A stretch of DNA of 64,000 nt from Ranitomeya imitator. Taxonomy: Eukaryota. The translations under genes and the position numbers were made by a program. Below the pieces are notes generated by a model. That model was not told where the DNA came from and did no database searches. It worked only from the letters and a program-made list of their open reading frames with translations. Location: NCBI RefSeq assembly GCF_032444005.1, contig NC_091285.1, positions 11,532,001-11,596,000 of the forward strand, given 5' to 3'. Below, one piece after another: positions 12,741 through 59,925 of the stretch; positions within the stretch are counted from its first letter, which is position 1, and each line of letters starts with the position of its first letter.

Positions 12741-15700
12741 TAACGGTCAAAACAAGTCTCAACCTTGTCGCGATAAGGACCTGATTTGAAGGCCTTGAAA
12801 AACATCTGTGCGAACAGCTTTAGCTTTAAATATAGGTTCATTCTGATATAAGATTGAGGAAAGTAAACAAATAATCCATACTCATTAAAGGTACATTAAT
12901 CTTTTCTGTCAAGGAGTTGATAAAACAAATTCGAGAGCAAAGTGACTTTGTAGGTTGTTTAATCTGTTAAACTTTTCCAGTAAACATTTACAGTATGAAC
13001 TATTCCTTTTATATTATACAGTATAGCTACCTACTCAGCATAAAACTATAACAAAGGTTAAATTCTATTCCTAATTAGCAAACAGAGGATTTTTTATAAA
13101 GATATATCACAATTACAAAGTAGCTGGATTTGATATTTTGTTACTGTTTTGTATAAAAAGCAGAACAGGCATGTGGTATAATCCCATTGCGGTTCCATGT
13201 TAGTAATTCCTAACTTATACCTATCCATGATATCTAAAAGAGAAAAATGACAACTTTTCAACTCCTATCTTGGTGACACAATTATCTTGTTTGACTACAC
13301 TATTGAAATTTTGTTACAAATTTTTTTTAAATTTGTAATCAGGCACAATATCTGACATTCTTTAAGAGTTTTGATTTATAGTCTATGTAGCTCCTTGATT
13401 ACATTTTTCATGAGCTGTTCTATACAACACATGGTAACTGCTTAAACACCATAAAAACCCAACAAAAGATTTTAGCAAAATGTGATTTTACTCATAATCA
13501 GTAAAAAAGAGACCTGTTATAAAGGTAAATTTCACACATAAAATGTGCATTTTATTTATTTTTCTGTGATAGAGTAGGCATGTGGTTTGATCCCATTGCG
13601 GTTACCTTTAAGTACCTCAGTACTTATATCTGGACATAAGAAATCTCCAGCAATGAGTGAAATATACTTAATATTGACTGATCAATGTTCTTCATCATCT
13701 ACTTACCCTTCTGTGGCCTCCCGTATATATAGAGCTCTTCAAACTTCCTTTTATGCTAGCTGATTGACTCTATTGGTAATACAACACTCTATTAATACCT
13801 GCCCAACCTTGGATCTAAAAATACAATGCATTATATAGTGCATTTCTGTGTTACAATTTAACTGGTCCTGCTAATACACAGATAATTATCTGATCCCTTC
13901 CTTGTGAACTGATCCATATTCAATGTGCACCATTAGGTTGTTGTTGGATTTGAATTATGTTGGTGTCTTTATAAGAAGGATATATCAAGATCACCATTCT
14001 ATATAGTTTTCAGGTAGGTTCTAAAGAAAAACCTTATAGAGGGCCTCCTCCAAGTGCTCACGACTAAGATGGAAAAATATCCTTTCCTCAACCTTCTCTA
14101 TAATCACTTTTGTCAATTTTGTACTTTTTATGCTACATGGCTAAGTCCATGGCTATGGTGAGTTTAGGCATGCAATTGGAGAATTTATTCATTGGAGACC
14201 CACTAACTCACTCTAAAGCCTGGAACCTTTAGTGGAGATTGGAGAAATAATGGAGAATGATAAAGTTCCAGATTTACAATTTATTTTTTTCTGTCTTATG
14301 TGGTGGAGAAGTCAAAAACTTGAGCTCAGTATCCCACTAAGTGAAGAACATGCAATTTGCAACTCCATCACAACTGGTCCAATTGTGGTCCGGGCTGGAA
14401 GAGCGAACGAGGAGACTGTCTTTTCTAGCGAAGATGGAATGTCACTGCTGCAGCCAATTATTTGCCTCTGACTGGCTGCAGCGGTCACATAACATCCCTA
14501 ATAGATCAGAGGGGACATGTCAGCCTGCCTCCTTGGTCAGCCATGCTTAGAGCTCCATTCCCAAATGTTGAAAAAAACAAAAACAAACAAACACTAAAGA
14601 CTATTAACTAAATGTATCTCTCTCGTGAGGAGGTCAGCTGAAAATCACCTTAAATTTCCTCTTTAAAATTATATTAAAATTCAGATACATTTGAGACTTG
14701 GAACATCTTTGTTTTACATTATTTGTATTTGCAAATGTTTTCTATATTGAAAAAAAAAAATTAGAAAAGAAAAAAAATCTTCCCATGTGAACCATTCCAT
14801 AGAGAAACAAATACTGAGCAGGTGTAACAAGGCCACCATACATTACACCTTATCTGTAAATTACAGCCTTGATGGCCTCATTAATGAGATACCAACTGCA
14901 CACTTTTGATGTTTTATCTGCCTTCCAGTTAAATTTAAAGAAAAATATATGAAACTTGTGAGAAACAAGTTGCCGGTGAAAACTTCATGTAACGAGCTGC
15001 CGTGATCGGAGGATTGCCCTGATAATCTGACTGTGATTGGCCAAAGTCAGACAAACCCCATACGCGGCACAAACCCTTGTCCATAACTAATTGTCAATCT
15101 TGCCTAAATTTCTGCCATTATTTCCCTTTCCAGTGCATTTCTAGTTAGGAGATAACTTGCAGTCAGAGACCACTGATCCCAAGAACGGGGCTTTAAAATT
15201 CCTTGTCCAAGTGTACCCTTGACCCCTCATGTGCACCACGGCTTCGGGTCCGCTCATTCTTTATGGGACGGCTGTCACATCGGTGACTCGCACATGTCGT
15301 AAGTGCCACCCTACTCACTGTGTGTCATCGCCCTGCTCTTCCCATTTGCGGGCTGTCTCGCTGAGCTGCCTCTTGTAACATTTCCAGCATTTCCAGCAAT
15401 AAAATACTGCATCCTCCTGCTGCTGGTAAGTCTCCACCTGGCTATAGTGAGGCACGGCCACTTTCTGTAGGTATTTAACCTCATCGTGACAGAGGTGAGA
15501 TCTTCTGGTCTATTCTAAGGGTATGGTCTGGACCCTGAAGACACCAATTGCGTTATTCGAAAAAGTGTTACGCGTCTTTTACATATATTGTTTCATGGTA
15601 ATATATAACGTACAGAGTTAAACATAGGTTAGCTTTAGGGCATAAGGAAGTGACTATAGGGTAAGATAGACTTTGGCAAGCATTATAAGTGTAATAGGTT

Positions 15701-15983
15701 TAATGTATGTAAATGCAGGGACAGACATAGGTAAAGTTCTGGACTAGCCCATAGTGGCAGGGGAAAGGCCCAGTAAAACGGGACTGCTTCCTGATAGCAG
15801 ATCAGATAGGGATGTTCATTAACTAACCAAGGTCAAGTTCAAGGTTCTATGGGCTGATAGATAAAGCAAGAATCTATCATTCGGGGCAGTGGGAGGCCTT
15901 ACTAGAATCTCTTGAGGACATTCCTGCAACGTCTGGAGCTCAAGGCTCGGTATAGGTACTATGAAATCAGGGGACGATGGACG

Positions 15984-18900
15984 TGTAACCGCGTGAAAGG
16001 AAGGTAACATAGCCCGGGTGCTCTGCGGAACCGGACGGGAAGTATCTGAGGCTTGTACCTTGTACCTTTGTCTCTGACCTTCCTGTCAGCCACCTTGTAT
16101 ATTGTATTATTGTATATGGAGATGGCTGCTCCTAGTATGCACCTACACTAGCTTGGAAGTGCCGGTCAGTCCTTTGTCACCTGGCAGCCACTGCAGACCT
16201 GGGGACTGCCCTGGAGTGGTTCCTGGTGACTACCCGCGGCTAAGCCTATCCTCACCATCAGAGGCTCTTGTAAAAACCAGGTAGTCAGGCTCTCCAGGGT
16301 TTGCCCGGCCTGTGGCTCAGTGAGTCCACACCCACCAGTGTTACAGTTAGATCAGGCCATGGACAAATTGGGACCCAGAGATCACAAATCTTATGTGCAA
16401 GTACTGTATTGTAATAACTCTGCCGGCATCACTGCATGGCCTCCCATCCCTTACACACCAACTTACTCACTGCTCCAGGTCATGCTGTGACTTCTGTCTG
16501 CTGCCGGCTCCATGTTCTGTGTCTCTTGCTTTCTGCCTGCTCTCTGCATGCTTCCTAGCTGTGTGTATAGGGGGGCGGTGCCAGAACTCTCTGGCTCTTA
16601 TGGAATCGGGGTGCACCTGTCTAATGTGTCCCTGACCAATTACCAAGAGACCTCTAGTATTTAGGGCAGCTCCACGCTGTGGAACTTGCCTTGTAATGTG
16701 TTAACTCAGTGTCTTGCTACTGAGCTGCCCGGTTTTGCTCTGTGTTCCTCCTTCTCTGGAGGCTCTGCTCCTCGCTTTGCTTGGTTATTCTCTGTCTGCC
16801 CTCCAGGAGGCTGTATATCCTGGTCTCAGTGTCTTTGTTCTAGCCTTGCTTTGTACTTGTCTGTCCGCCTTCCAGGAGGCAGAATATCCTGGTCCCTGAG
16901 TCTTTATTCCTGTACCTTGTCTCGTACCATTACCTTGTCTGAACTCTGTCCTACCTCCGTCTCCTTGTCTGTGGTTTCTTTCCCTGCTGTGTCTTTCCTT
17001 GTGTCCTCATTCTTTGCCTGTGCTCCGCACTCTTGCGGCTCTGCCTGCTCAGTACTTTTGTGACTCTGCCTGTGCTCTGCACTCTTGCAGTCCTGCTTAT
17101 GCTCCGCACTCTTGTGTCTCTACCTGTTTCTCCATACACCATTCCTTACTATCTGTACCAGTACCTGCACCTGCTGTGTGAACAGGACACTACCTAATCC
17201 ATACACCACTCCCGCCCTGTGTCTCAGCCGTGTCTGCCTGCCCTGTGTCTCAGCCGTGTCTGCCTGCCCTGTGTCTCAGCCGTGGCTGCCTGCCTACTCG
17301 TCTGAGTTTTCCGTGCTCATCTGACAGTCATGCCAGTTGACCACACTCATCCTAGAGTTCCTGTTTCCCAAGTGGGATCAGCAGCCACAGCCAGACACCG
17401 CCCTGGAGTAGCACCTGGCAGCTGCCTGCCGCACAATCCTGACCTCACCATCAGAGGCTCCAGAGAAAACCAAGGCAGCTGTCCTAGTCACGCCACCTTC
17501 CAGGGTAGTCTGATTTGTGGCACAGTGGGGCCACAACCCCTCTGGCTCATGCCTACCAGTCAGGGCATGAGTGTGACATGTATGAGGAGGTGTGCGCTCA
17601 ACGTGGGCATCAGGACCAGATTATGCAAAATGCCGCCATGTATACCCAGCCCTCCACCTCTTCATCTGGCCAATCCTCCTCAGGACTGTCAGTCGTGAAC
17701 TGCCTAGAGACTCAGTTCCTGATGGAACCGCCAAGCTCCAGCTTCCACTTAGGTCTCACTATAATGGAGATTCCAGGAAGAGCTGCGGCTTCATTAATCA
17801 GTGTATGATCCACTTCACACTCACATCTTTCCTTCAGACCAGACCAAGATAGCGTTTATGGTCTTTCCGCTGTCTGAATAAGCCCTGGCCTGGGCAAACC
17901 CCATTTGGGAGCATGATGGGTCAGAGACTCATGACTTTGGGAGGTTCTTGGAGATGCTCCGAGCGGCATTCGTGGTTTCCGACCGCATCTCCTCAACTTC
18001 TTCATCCCTTTTGTCTCTAAGGCAGAGCATAGATACCTTGGCCCAGTAGGTCTTATGCTTCCATACCTTGGCAGTGGAGCAGGCTTGGAATGAACAAGCC
18101 TTGGTGGTGACCTTCTGGCAGAGCCTGTCCTTTCGTATAAAGGACGAGTTGGCAGGCAGAAATCTACCATCCTCTCTAGATGCTCTTATTCACCTGGCCG
18201 CTAGGATAGATCTGTTTCCATGAGCTGGCTCTGAAACAAGCTTCGGTTTCTCCTTGTGCCAGAAGACTGGCACATAGAGAACTTATGCATGTACTGTGGA
18301 GGCTTGAGACATTTTGTTTTCCAGTGCCCTGTGACACCTAGGGTTGGCCGGAGTTGACAGAGTTACCCTGGCATGGAAGGAGAGGTCTATCTCTGTGTCT
18401 GCACATCTGGATTCCAGCTCTGCTGGCAACTTCATCCATCAGGATCTGGTCCATCGACTTCAGCTCCCTATACAACAGGTGCTGATCCCCCCCATTGACA
18501 GACAAATCCTGGCAGAGATTTTTCGATTCATCACTCTGCAAGTCACACTACGGATTGGAGCCCTGCATGATGAAAAAAAAACATTTCTCTCCCAATCTAC
18601 CTACCCATAGAAGACGTGTCTGTCAGGTTTTGCAGCGCCTATGGGAGAACGATCTGTTTGAAGAGTTATCCAATGTGTCTTCGAAAGACCCTCCCTGCCT
18701 TTCCTCGGCTACACGGTTTCCACCCAGAGCCTCGAGATAAACCAGGACAAGGTTTCTGCGGTTCTCTGCTAGCCTCATCCCCAAGGCTTGTGTGCAATCC
18801 AGCAGCTCATGGGTTTCGCCAACTGATATAGACAATTAATCTTGCACTTCTCATCCCTCGTGGCTCTCATCTTCGCCTTAACCAAGAAGGGGGCTAATGT

Positions 18901-20040
18901 CAGAGTCTGGCTCGCAGTTGAAACAGGCCTTCGCTAGAGTTCCAGCTTTGCACCACCCCGATTCCAACAAGCAGTTTCTCTTGGAGGTAGATGCCTCTTC
19001 TATCAATGCTGGGGCAGTGCTCCTGCAAAGATCTTCTTTGGGGAAGTCGTCTGTCTTTTTCTCCAAAACATTTTCATCGGCTGAGCAAAATTATACCATT
19101 GGGATCGTAAGCTTCTGGCCATTAATGATGGTGGCAACATCTACTGGAGAGCGTATACACGGACCATAAAAATCTGACGTTCCTGCAGTCCACCCTGCGA
19201 TTGAATCCTTGCCAAACCATGTAGGCACATTTCTTTGATTTTTTTGTAACTTTAAAGTACACTTCTGTCCTGCAGAGAAGAACGTCAAAGCAAATGGTCT
19301 GTCTCGATTTTTTGAGGTGACCGATTCTGTGGAGGAGCCTCAGCACATCATTGACATGGCCAGGATTATTGAAACAACCCTGATCGTTTTAAAAGACATT
19401 CCTCTGGGAAAGACCTTTGTCCCTACTACTAGGAGAATGCGAATTCTGTGCTGGGGATACAAAGTTAGCTGGTCATATGGGCATACGCAAGTCCACCGAG
19501 CACAGCGTGCCAGATACAAGTCCTCCAGGGGGACAAGCCTGCTAGTCTCTTTCAGCCTCTGTCGGTTCCTTCTGCTCCCTGGAAAAACATAGCCATGGAC
19601 TTCATCATGGACCTGCCTGTCTCTGGAGGTTGCAATACCCTCTGGGTCATGGTGGATCAGTTCTCGAAGATGGCTCACTTCTTTCCACTTGTCGGCCTTC
19701 CCATCGCACCTAAGCTCGCCATGCTTTTCTTCCTCTCCACATAGTCTCTGATCATGGAATTCATTTAACTTCAAAAGAGCAGAGAATTCTTTGCAAGCTG
19801 CTGAATATACACCGGGATTTTTGCTCTTCGTACCAACCACGATGCAACGGGAAAGTGGAACAGGTTAAACAGATTCTTGAAAATGACCTTCACCACTTTA
19901 CTCTGCCCATCAGGAGGACTCTGTACAACTACTCCTCTGGGTGAAGTTTTCCTACAACAACCACGTTGGAGAGTCTTCCACAGTTTCTCAATTCTTCATT
20001 GTATACTCCCAGCATCCATCCTCAAACCAAGCACCCTCTT
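15984..20040 (+). mobile_element. Degenerate Ty3/Gypsy LTR retrotransposon remnant (5' LTR, gag, protease, RNase H and integrase fragments; RT largely deleted)
   Basis: LTR ends at ...gtgttaca 16345 (its start is uncertain). Gag FHTLAVEQAWNEQAL...IKDELAGR near 18060; CCHC knuckle CMYCGGLRHFVFQCP near 18285; protease HLDSSSAGNFI; RNase H FLLEVDAS...FSSAEQNY near 18970-19100; integrase AMDFIMDLP...VMVDQFSKMAHF near 19590-19680. Many stops and frameshifts. Confidence 0.85.
16410..17578 (+). mobile_element. Solo LTR nested in the 5' region of the older Gypsy element
   Basis: Starts tgtaat, ends gtgaca, perfect 5-bp TSD tgtat (16405-16409 and 17579-17583). Contains internal short tandem repeats. 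Confidence 0.8.
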
Positions 20041-20419
20041 CTATGTCTATATCCCAGTAGTTACCGGGGGGCAGAGGGTGTGGTCGCCCTGGGCCCCGAA
20101 CTAAGAGGAGCCCACCCAGAGCTATGCTACCCTTAACTGTATCAGCGTGCACAGCGCGCCAATACAATTAATTCCCGAGGCAAAGCAGGGAGACACGATC
20201 TCCCTGCACTGCCGCTCTCTGTTCTGTAGACCACAGGATGCTATAAGCCTGCGATCTACCGAATGGCCGAGACGCCAACGCACGTGCAGAACGTCAAAGT
20301 CCCAATATGGTGACGTTATCGCACAACGCGGGGACTCTGACGTTCTGTGTGTGTCAGTGCCATGACAGCGTGCAAGTTCGCCCGAACCTTGTGAGCTGAG
20401 TCATTGGGATCTTGAATCT

Positions 20420-22420
20420 ATAATTCTGCCCCCTATGTACAATAATATAACTACTATAATACTGCCCCTGTGTACAAGAATATAACTACTATAATACTGC
20501 TCCTATGTACAAGAATATAACTACTATAATACTGCTCCTATATACAAGAATATAACTACTATAATACTGCCCCTATGTACAAGAATATAACTACTATAAT
20601 ACTGCCCCTATGTACAAGAATATAACTACTATAATACTGCTCCTATGTACAAGAATATAACTACTATAATACTGCTCCTATGTACAAGAATATAACTACT
20701 ATAATACTGCCCCCTATGTACAAGAATATAACTACTATAATACTGCCCCTATGTACAAGAATATAACTACTATAATACTGCCCCTATGTGCAAGAATATA
20801 ATTACTATAATGCTGCCCCTATGTACAAGAACATAATTACTAAATTACTGCCCCTATGTACAAGAATATAACTACTATAATACTGCTCCTATATGCAAGA
20901 ATATAACTACTATAATACTGCCCCTATGTACAAGAATATAACTACTATAATACTGCCCCTATGTACAAGAATATAACTACTATAATACTGCCCCTATGTA
21001 CAAGAATATAACTACTATAATACTGCTCCTATGTACAAGAATATAACTACTATAATACTGCCCCTATGTGCAAGAATATAACTACTATAATACTGCTCCT
21101 ATGTGCAAGAATATAACTACTATAATACTGCCCCTATGTACAAGAATATAACTACTATAATACTGTCCCTATGTACAAGAATATAACTACTATAATAATG
21201 CCCCTATGTACAAGAATATAACTACTATAATACTGCCCCCTGTGTACAAGAATATAACTACTATAATACTGCCCCTATGTACAAGAATATAACTACTATA
21301 ATACTGCTCCTCCTATGTACAAGAATATAACTACTATAATACTGCTCCTATGTACAAGAATATAACTACTATAATACTGCTCCTATGTACAAGAATATAA
21401 CTACTATAATACTTCCCCTATGTACAAGAATATAACTACTATAATACTGCCCCTATATACAAGAATATAACTACTATAATACTGCCCGTGTACAAGAATA
21501 TAAGTACTACAATACTGCCTCTACGTACAAGAATATAACTACTATAATACTGCCCCTACGTACAAGAATATAACTACTATAATACTGCCCCTACATACAA
21601 GAATATAACTACTATAATACTGCCCCTATTTACAAGAATATAACTACTATAATACTGCCCCTATGTACAAGAATATAACTACTATAATACTGCTCCTATG
21701 TACAAGAATATTACTACTATAATACTGCCTCCTATGTACAAGAATATAATTACTATAATACTGCCCCTATGTACAAGAATATAACTACTATAATACTGCT
21801 CCTATGTACAGGAATATAACTACTATAATACTGCCCCATGTACAAGAATATAACTACTATAATACTGCCCCCTATGTACAAGAATATAACTACTATAATA
21901 CTGCTCCTATGTACAAAATATAACTACTATAATACTGCCCCCTATGTACAGAATATAACTACTATAATACCGCTCCTATGTACAAGAATATAACTACTAT
22001 AATACCGCCCCTATGTACAAGAATATAACTACTATAATATTGTCCCCTATGTATAGGAATATAACTACTATAATACTGCCCCATGTACAAGAATATAACT
22101 ACTATAATACTGCCCCTATGTACAAGAATATAACTACTATAATACTGCTCCTATATACAAGAATATAACTACTATAATACTGCCCCTATGTACAAGAATA
22201 TAACTACTATAATACTGCCCCTATGTACAACAATATAACTACTATAATACTGCCCCTATGTACAAGAATATAACTACTATAATACTGCTCCTATATACAA
22301 GAATATAACTACTATAATACTGCCCCCTATGTATAGGAATATAACTACTATAATACTGCCCCCTATGTATAGGAATATAACTGCTATAATACTGCCCCTA
22401 TGTGCAGGAATATAACATTT
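20420..22420. repeat. 35-bp minisatellite (tgcccctatgtacaagaatataactactataatac), about 57 copies
   Basis: Direct periodicity of 34-37 bp. Confidence 0.98.
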
Positions 22421-22806
22421 ACAATAAGGTGACACAAATCTTGTTGTTGCTTCCATTTTATGAATAACTCGGAATAAATTAGAATTTGAAGATTTTTATT
22501 TTGCAATGTGCAATGTTAAGTAAAGTGCGTAAAATTAAGATCCAAGCTCCTTATTACAGACGTAGGAGGGTTGTGGATGAAGAATATGCAGTAAACATTA
22601 TTACAGGAAAATTCACCCATAAATTTACAGAGATAATGAAGGAAACCAAAGAAAATTAAAAGAAAAAAAAATTGTTAAAAAAATGTAAAAAAATTTGATA
22701 AAGTTACAAAAGTTTCTTGAAACCAGAAGCTTTGTCTCCGTTGGGAGGAATGGACAGATGAGCGATTCACCAATATAATAAAATGACCTTAATGTGAAAC
22801 TACGGA

Positions 22807-22812
22807 TTTATT
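22807..22812 (-). terminator. Putative polyadenylation signal of paralogue B
   Basis: Minus-strand AATAAA 70 nt past the stop; a second one near 22495-22500. Confidence 0.45.
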
Positions 22813-22881
22813 ATGATCAGATGACATGGTATCTTGGCCGGGGGTCTTCTCTGTAATGGGGGTAGTAACGACGGCGATCCT

Positions 22882-37424
<14,543 letters not shown>

Positions 37425-37453
37425 GTTCGGTGATGAATCCGCTCAGACACGGG

Positions 37454-37460
37454 TTTTATA
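37454..37460 (-). promoter_or_regulatory. TATA box of paralogue B
   Basis: TATAAAA(CCC) 30 nt upstream of the ATG, identical to the paralogue A motif. Confidence 0.65.
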
Positions 37461-37939
37461 TTCTCGCACAGACGAGCTGTAATCTCTGTAACCAGGTGTT
37501 TACGGGACCATGAGAAAAGCGCGAGCGGAGCAGCTCTCCGGCTTCAGTAATCATTAATCACCGATAACCTTCATTATATCACACAATCCCACCATGCTGA
37601 CTGTTTCCATACATCAAACCCCCCCCCCCATACTGCTGAGCAAACCTGCTCTACATCTGGAGAAGGAGGCAAGGAAGACAACGAAACGTGGAAGAGCTGA
37701 GCATCGAATACTGAAAATATGTACAGGGGCAAGGACTCCGCCAAAAGCCTCAGGGGCCAACTGGAGGCCTAAGCCGTCCTCCCTCCTTACAAGACTTCAT
37801 AGTTCCTCATGGGCGGAGTCTCAAAGATCATGTGCAGTCAGCACACCAATAGAAAAAAAAGGGAGAAATTTAGGAACTCTTCTATGCAAATATTTGATTT
37901 GTTATCCAAAGAGGATTACATGGGAATAGTTTATAGTTA

Positions 37940-39130
37940 TATTCTTGTACATAGGAGCAGTATTATAGTAGTTATATTCTTGTACATAGAGGCAGTATTA
38001 TAGTAGTTATATTCTTGTACATTGGGGCAGTATTATAGTAGTTATATTCTTGTACATAGGGGCAGTATTATAGTAGTTATATTCTTGTACATAGGAGCAG
38101 TATTATAGTCGTTATATTCTTGTACATAGGGGCAGTATTATAGTAGTTATATTCTTGTACATAGGAGCAGTATTATAGTAGTTATATTCTTGTACATAGG
38201 AGCAGTATTATAGTAGTTATATTCTTGTCCATAGGGAGCAGTATTATAGTAGTTATATTCTTGTACATAGGAGCAGTATTATAGTAGTTATATTCTTGTA
38301 TATAGGGGCAGTATTATAGTAGTTATATTCTTGTACATAGGAGCAGTATTATAGTAGTTATATTCTGTACATAGGGGCAGTATTATAGTAGTTATATTCT
38401 TGTACATAGGAGCAGTATTATAGTAGTTATATTCTTGTATATAGGGGCAGTATTATAGTAGTTATATTCTTGTACATGGAGCAGTATTATAGTAGTTATA
38501 TTCTTGTATATAGGGGCAGTATTATAGTAGTTATATTCTTGTACATACAGGGCAGTATTATAGTAGTTATATTCTTGTACATAGGAGCAGTATCATAGTA
38601 GTTATATTCTTGTCCATAGGGAGCAGTATTATAGTAGTTATATTCTTGTACATAGGAGCAGTATTATAGTAGTTATATTCTTGTATATAGGGGCAGTATT
38701 ATAGTAGTTATATTCTTGTACATAGGAGCAGTATTATAGTAGTTATATTCTGTACATAGGGGCAGTATTATAGTAGTTATATTCTTGTACATAGGAGCAG
38801 TATTATAGTAGTTATATTCTTGTATATAGGGGCAGTATTATAGTAGTTATATTCTTGTACATGGAGCAGTATTATAGTAGTTATATTCTTGTATATAGGG
38901 GCAGTATTATAGTAGTTATATTCTTGTACATAGGAGCAGTATTATAGTAGTTATATTCTTGTACATAGGAGCAGTATTATAGTAGTTATATTCTTGTACA
39001 TAGGAGCAGTATTATAGTAGTTATATTCCTATACATAGGGGGCAGTATTATAGCAGTTATATTCTTGTACATAGGGGCAGTATTATAGAAGTTGTATTCT
39101 TGTACCTAGGGTGGCAGTATTACAGTAGCT
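37940..39130. repeat. 35-bp minisatellite, inverted relative to the 20420-22420 array, about 33 copies
   Basis: Unit gtattatagtagttatattcttgtacataggggca is the reverse complement of the earlier unit. Confidence 0.97.
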
Positions 39131-39272
39131 ATTTGTTAGTCTATGATTACTATATGTATAATAGTATAAATGTTATTGTTTAGGATGGATTTTGACCGCA
39201 TTGGTGGTGTATACAGCAGCATGAAACAGATCTGGCGCAGTTTAGGTTTTGAGCTGCATATTAACACATTTC

Positions 39273-39278
39273 TTTATT
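39273..39278 (-). terminator. Putative IPO8 polyadenylation signal
   Basis: Minus-strand AATAAA about 390 nt after the stop. Confidence 0.45.
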
Positions 39279-39666
39279 TAAAGATGAAGCTGTTAAAGGC
39301 TAGCCTTCAGATTTACATCAGTTATTTAGATTTAAAAGACTTGTGGTTTAGTCCATTCGCCAGCTCCTCGGGGGCGGGACCAACAGCACATCACAGTTAT
39401 GAAGTGCCAGAGCTGCATTGTTTCAGTCCATCAAGGATCAGTGGCAAATACTGGATGAGAAATGAGTGAAAAGTGCAGAAAACAGAATCCGGGATCCCAT
39501 CTCATTCTGCACGCAGTCCTCAATCTGTGGCACAATTCTCAAACTAGAAAAAAAAAACCCTCTGTTGTCCGAATAGTCTGGACCTTGGCAAGTAATCTCC
39601 TCATGTCGATACAATTTACAAAATATGTAAATACAGATTTCCCAGAGTTCCTTGTAACATCCTCCT

Positions 39667-58815
<19,149 letters not shown>

Positions 58816-58982
58816 GACGACCCCCGAAGAGACAATAACAGATTGAAAAAAAAAAAATCAAACGGCCGTAAAGCAGGAGGGCATCATCTCTGCGCCTTCC
58901 TTTACAGCTGTCGTAAAATGACAGCCGAATAGATGCTCTTTGAAAAGAGAATGTTAGCCTAGGGGTAGCGCAATAAAGCTCA

Positions 58983-59380
58983 GTACGGAATGCGGCGTGG
59001 GACAATTTGTACGGAAAGCAGCTCTGTGTACTGAATGCGGCTGTGTACGGAATGCGGCGTGGGACAATTTGTACGGAAAGTAGCTCTGTGTACGGAATGC
59101 GGCGTGAGACAATTTGTACGGAAAGCGGCTCTGTGTACTGAATGCGGCTGTGTACGGAATGGGGCGTGGGACAATTTGTACGGAAAGTAGCTCTGTGTAC
59201 GGAATGCGGCGTGGGACAATTTGTACGGAAAGTAGCTCTGTGTACGGAATGCGGCGTGGGACAATTTGTACGGAAAGTAGCTCTGTGTACGGAATGCGGC
59301 GTGGGACAAGTTGTACGGAAAGCGGCTCTGTGTACGGAATGCGGCGTGGGACAATTTGTACGGAACTGGACGTGCTGTGT
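58983..59380. repeat. 45-bp CpG-containing tandem repeat just upstream of the IPO8 start codon
   Basis: Unit tacggaatgcggcgtgggacaatttgtacggaaagtagctctgtg, about 8 copies. Confidence 0.93.
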
Positions 59381-59719
59381 ACGGATCGCGATTTGAGTCA
59401 TTCTGTACGGATAACACATAAGAAACACTTTCGCGGTCGTTGCCAGGGGCACATTCGGGGGAGATGTGACTCTTACTAGTCGCCTCCCACCACAGTCTTC
59501 ACCATAGTCACCTGTTTATAAGCTAAACACCTAATTAGTCAAATTAGACAAATCATGTGACAAACATTCACTCGTCTGTAACCGCCAGTTGTAAAAACCT
59601 GAAGTCCTGTTGAACTTTTTTTTTTTGGGGGGGGGGAAGATCCAGTGGGATTTTGCCCCTTTTACGCCATTTTTGGGCCTCTATACTTGCAGCTAATGGG
59701 AGGACTCTTCTTAGGTGTC

Positions 59720-59925
59720 TGGCAGGCGTGGCTAAACCCGTGCAGCCTGGTGGGCGTGTCTAGAGCGCAGCGGTCTGATGGGCGCGGCTAAAGCTCAGCT
59801 GTCTGGTGGGTGTGGCTAAAGCTCAGCTGTCTGGTGGGTGTGGCTAAAGCTCAGCTGTCTGGTGGGTGTGGCTAAAGCTCAGCAGTCTGGTGGGTGTGGC
59901 TAATGCTCAGGTGTGGCCCCGCCCA
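59720..59925. promoter_or_regulatory. 28-bp tandem repeat with CACCC/GC-box motifs in the IPO8-CAPRIN2 divergent promoter region
   Basis: gctcagctgtctggtgggtgtggctaaa at 59793, 59821, 59849 and 59877, flanked by ggcgtggc and ccccgccc. Confidence 0.5.

Noticed and set aside
20420-22420. CRISPR-like appearance of the 35-bp (and 40/41-bp) arrays
   Set aside because: Units are contiguous with no unique spacers, there are no cas genes, and the context is eukaryotic.
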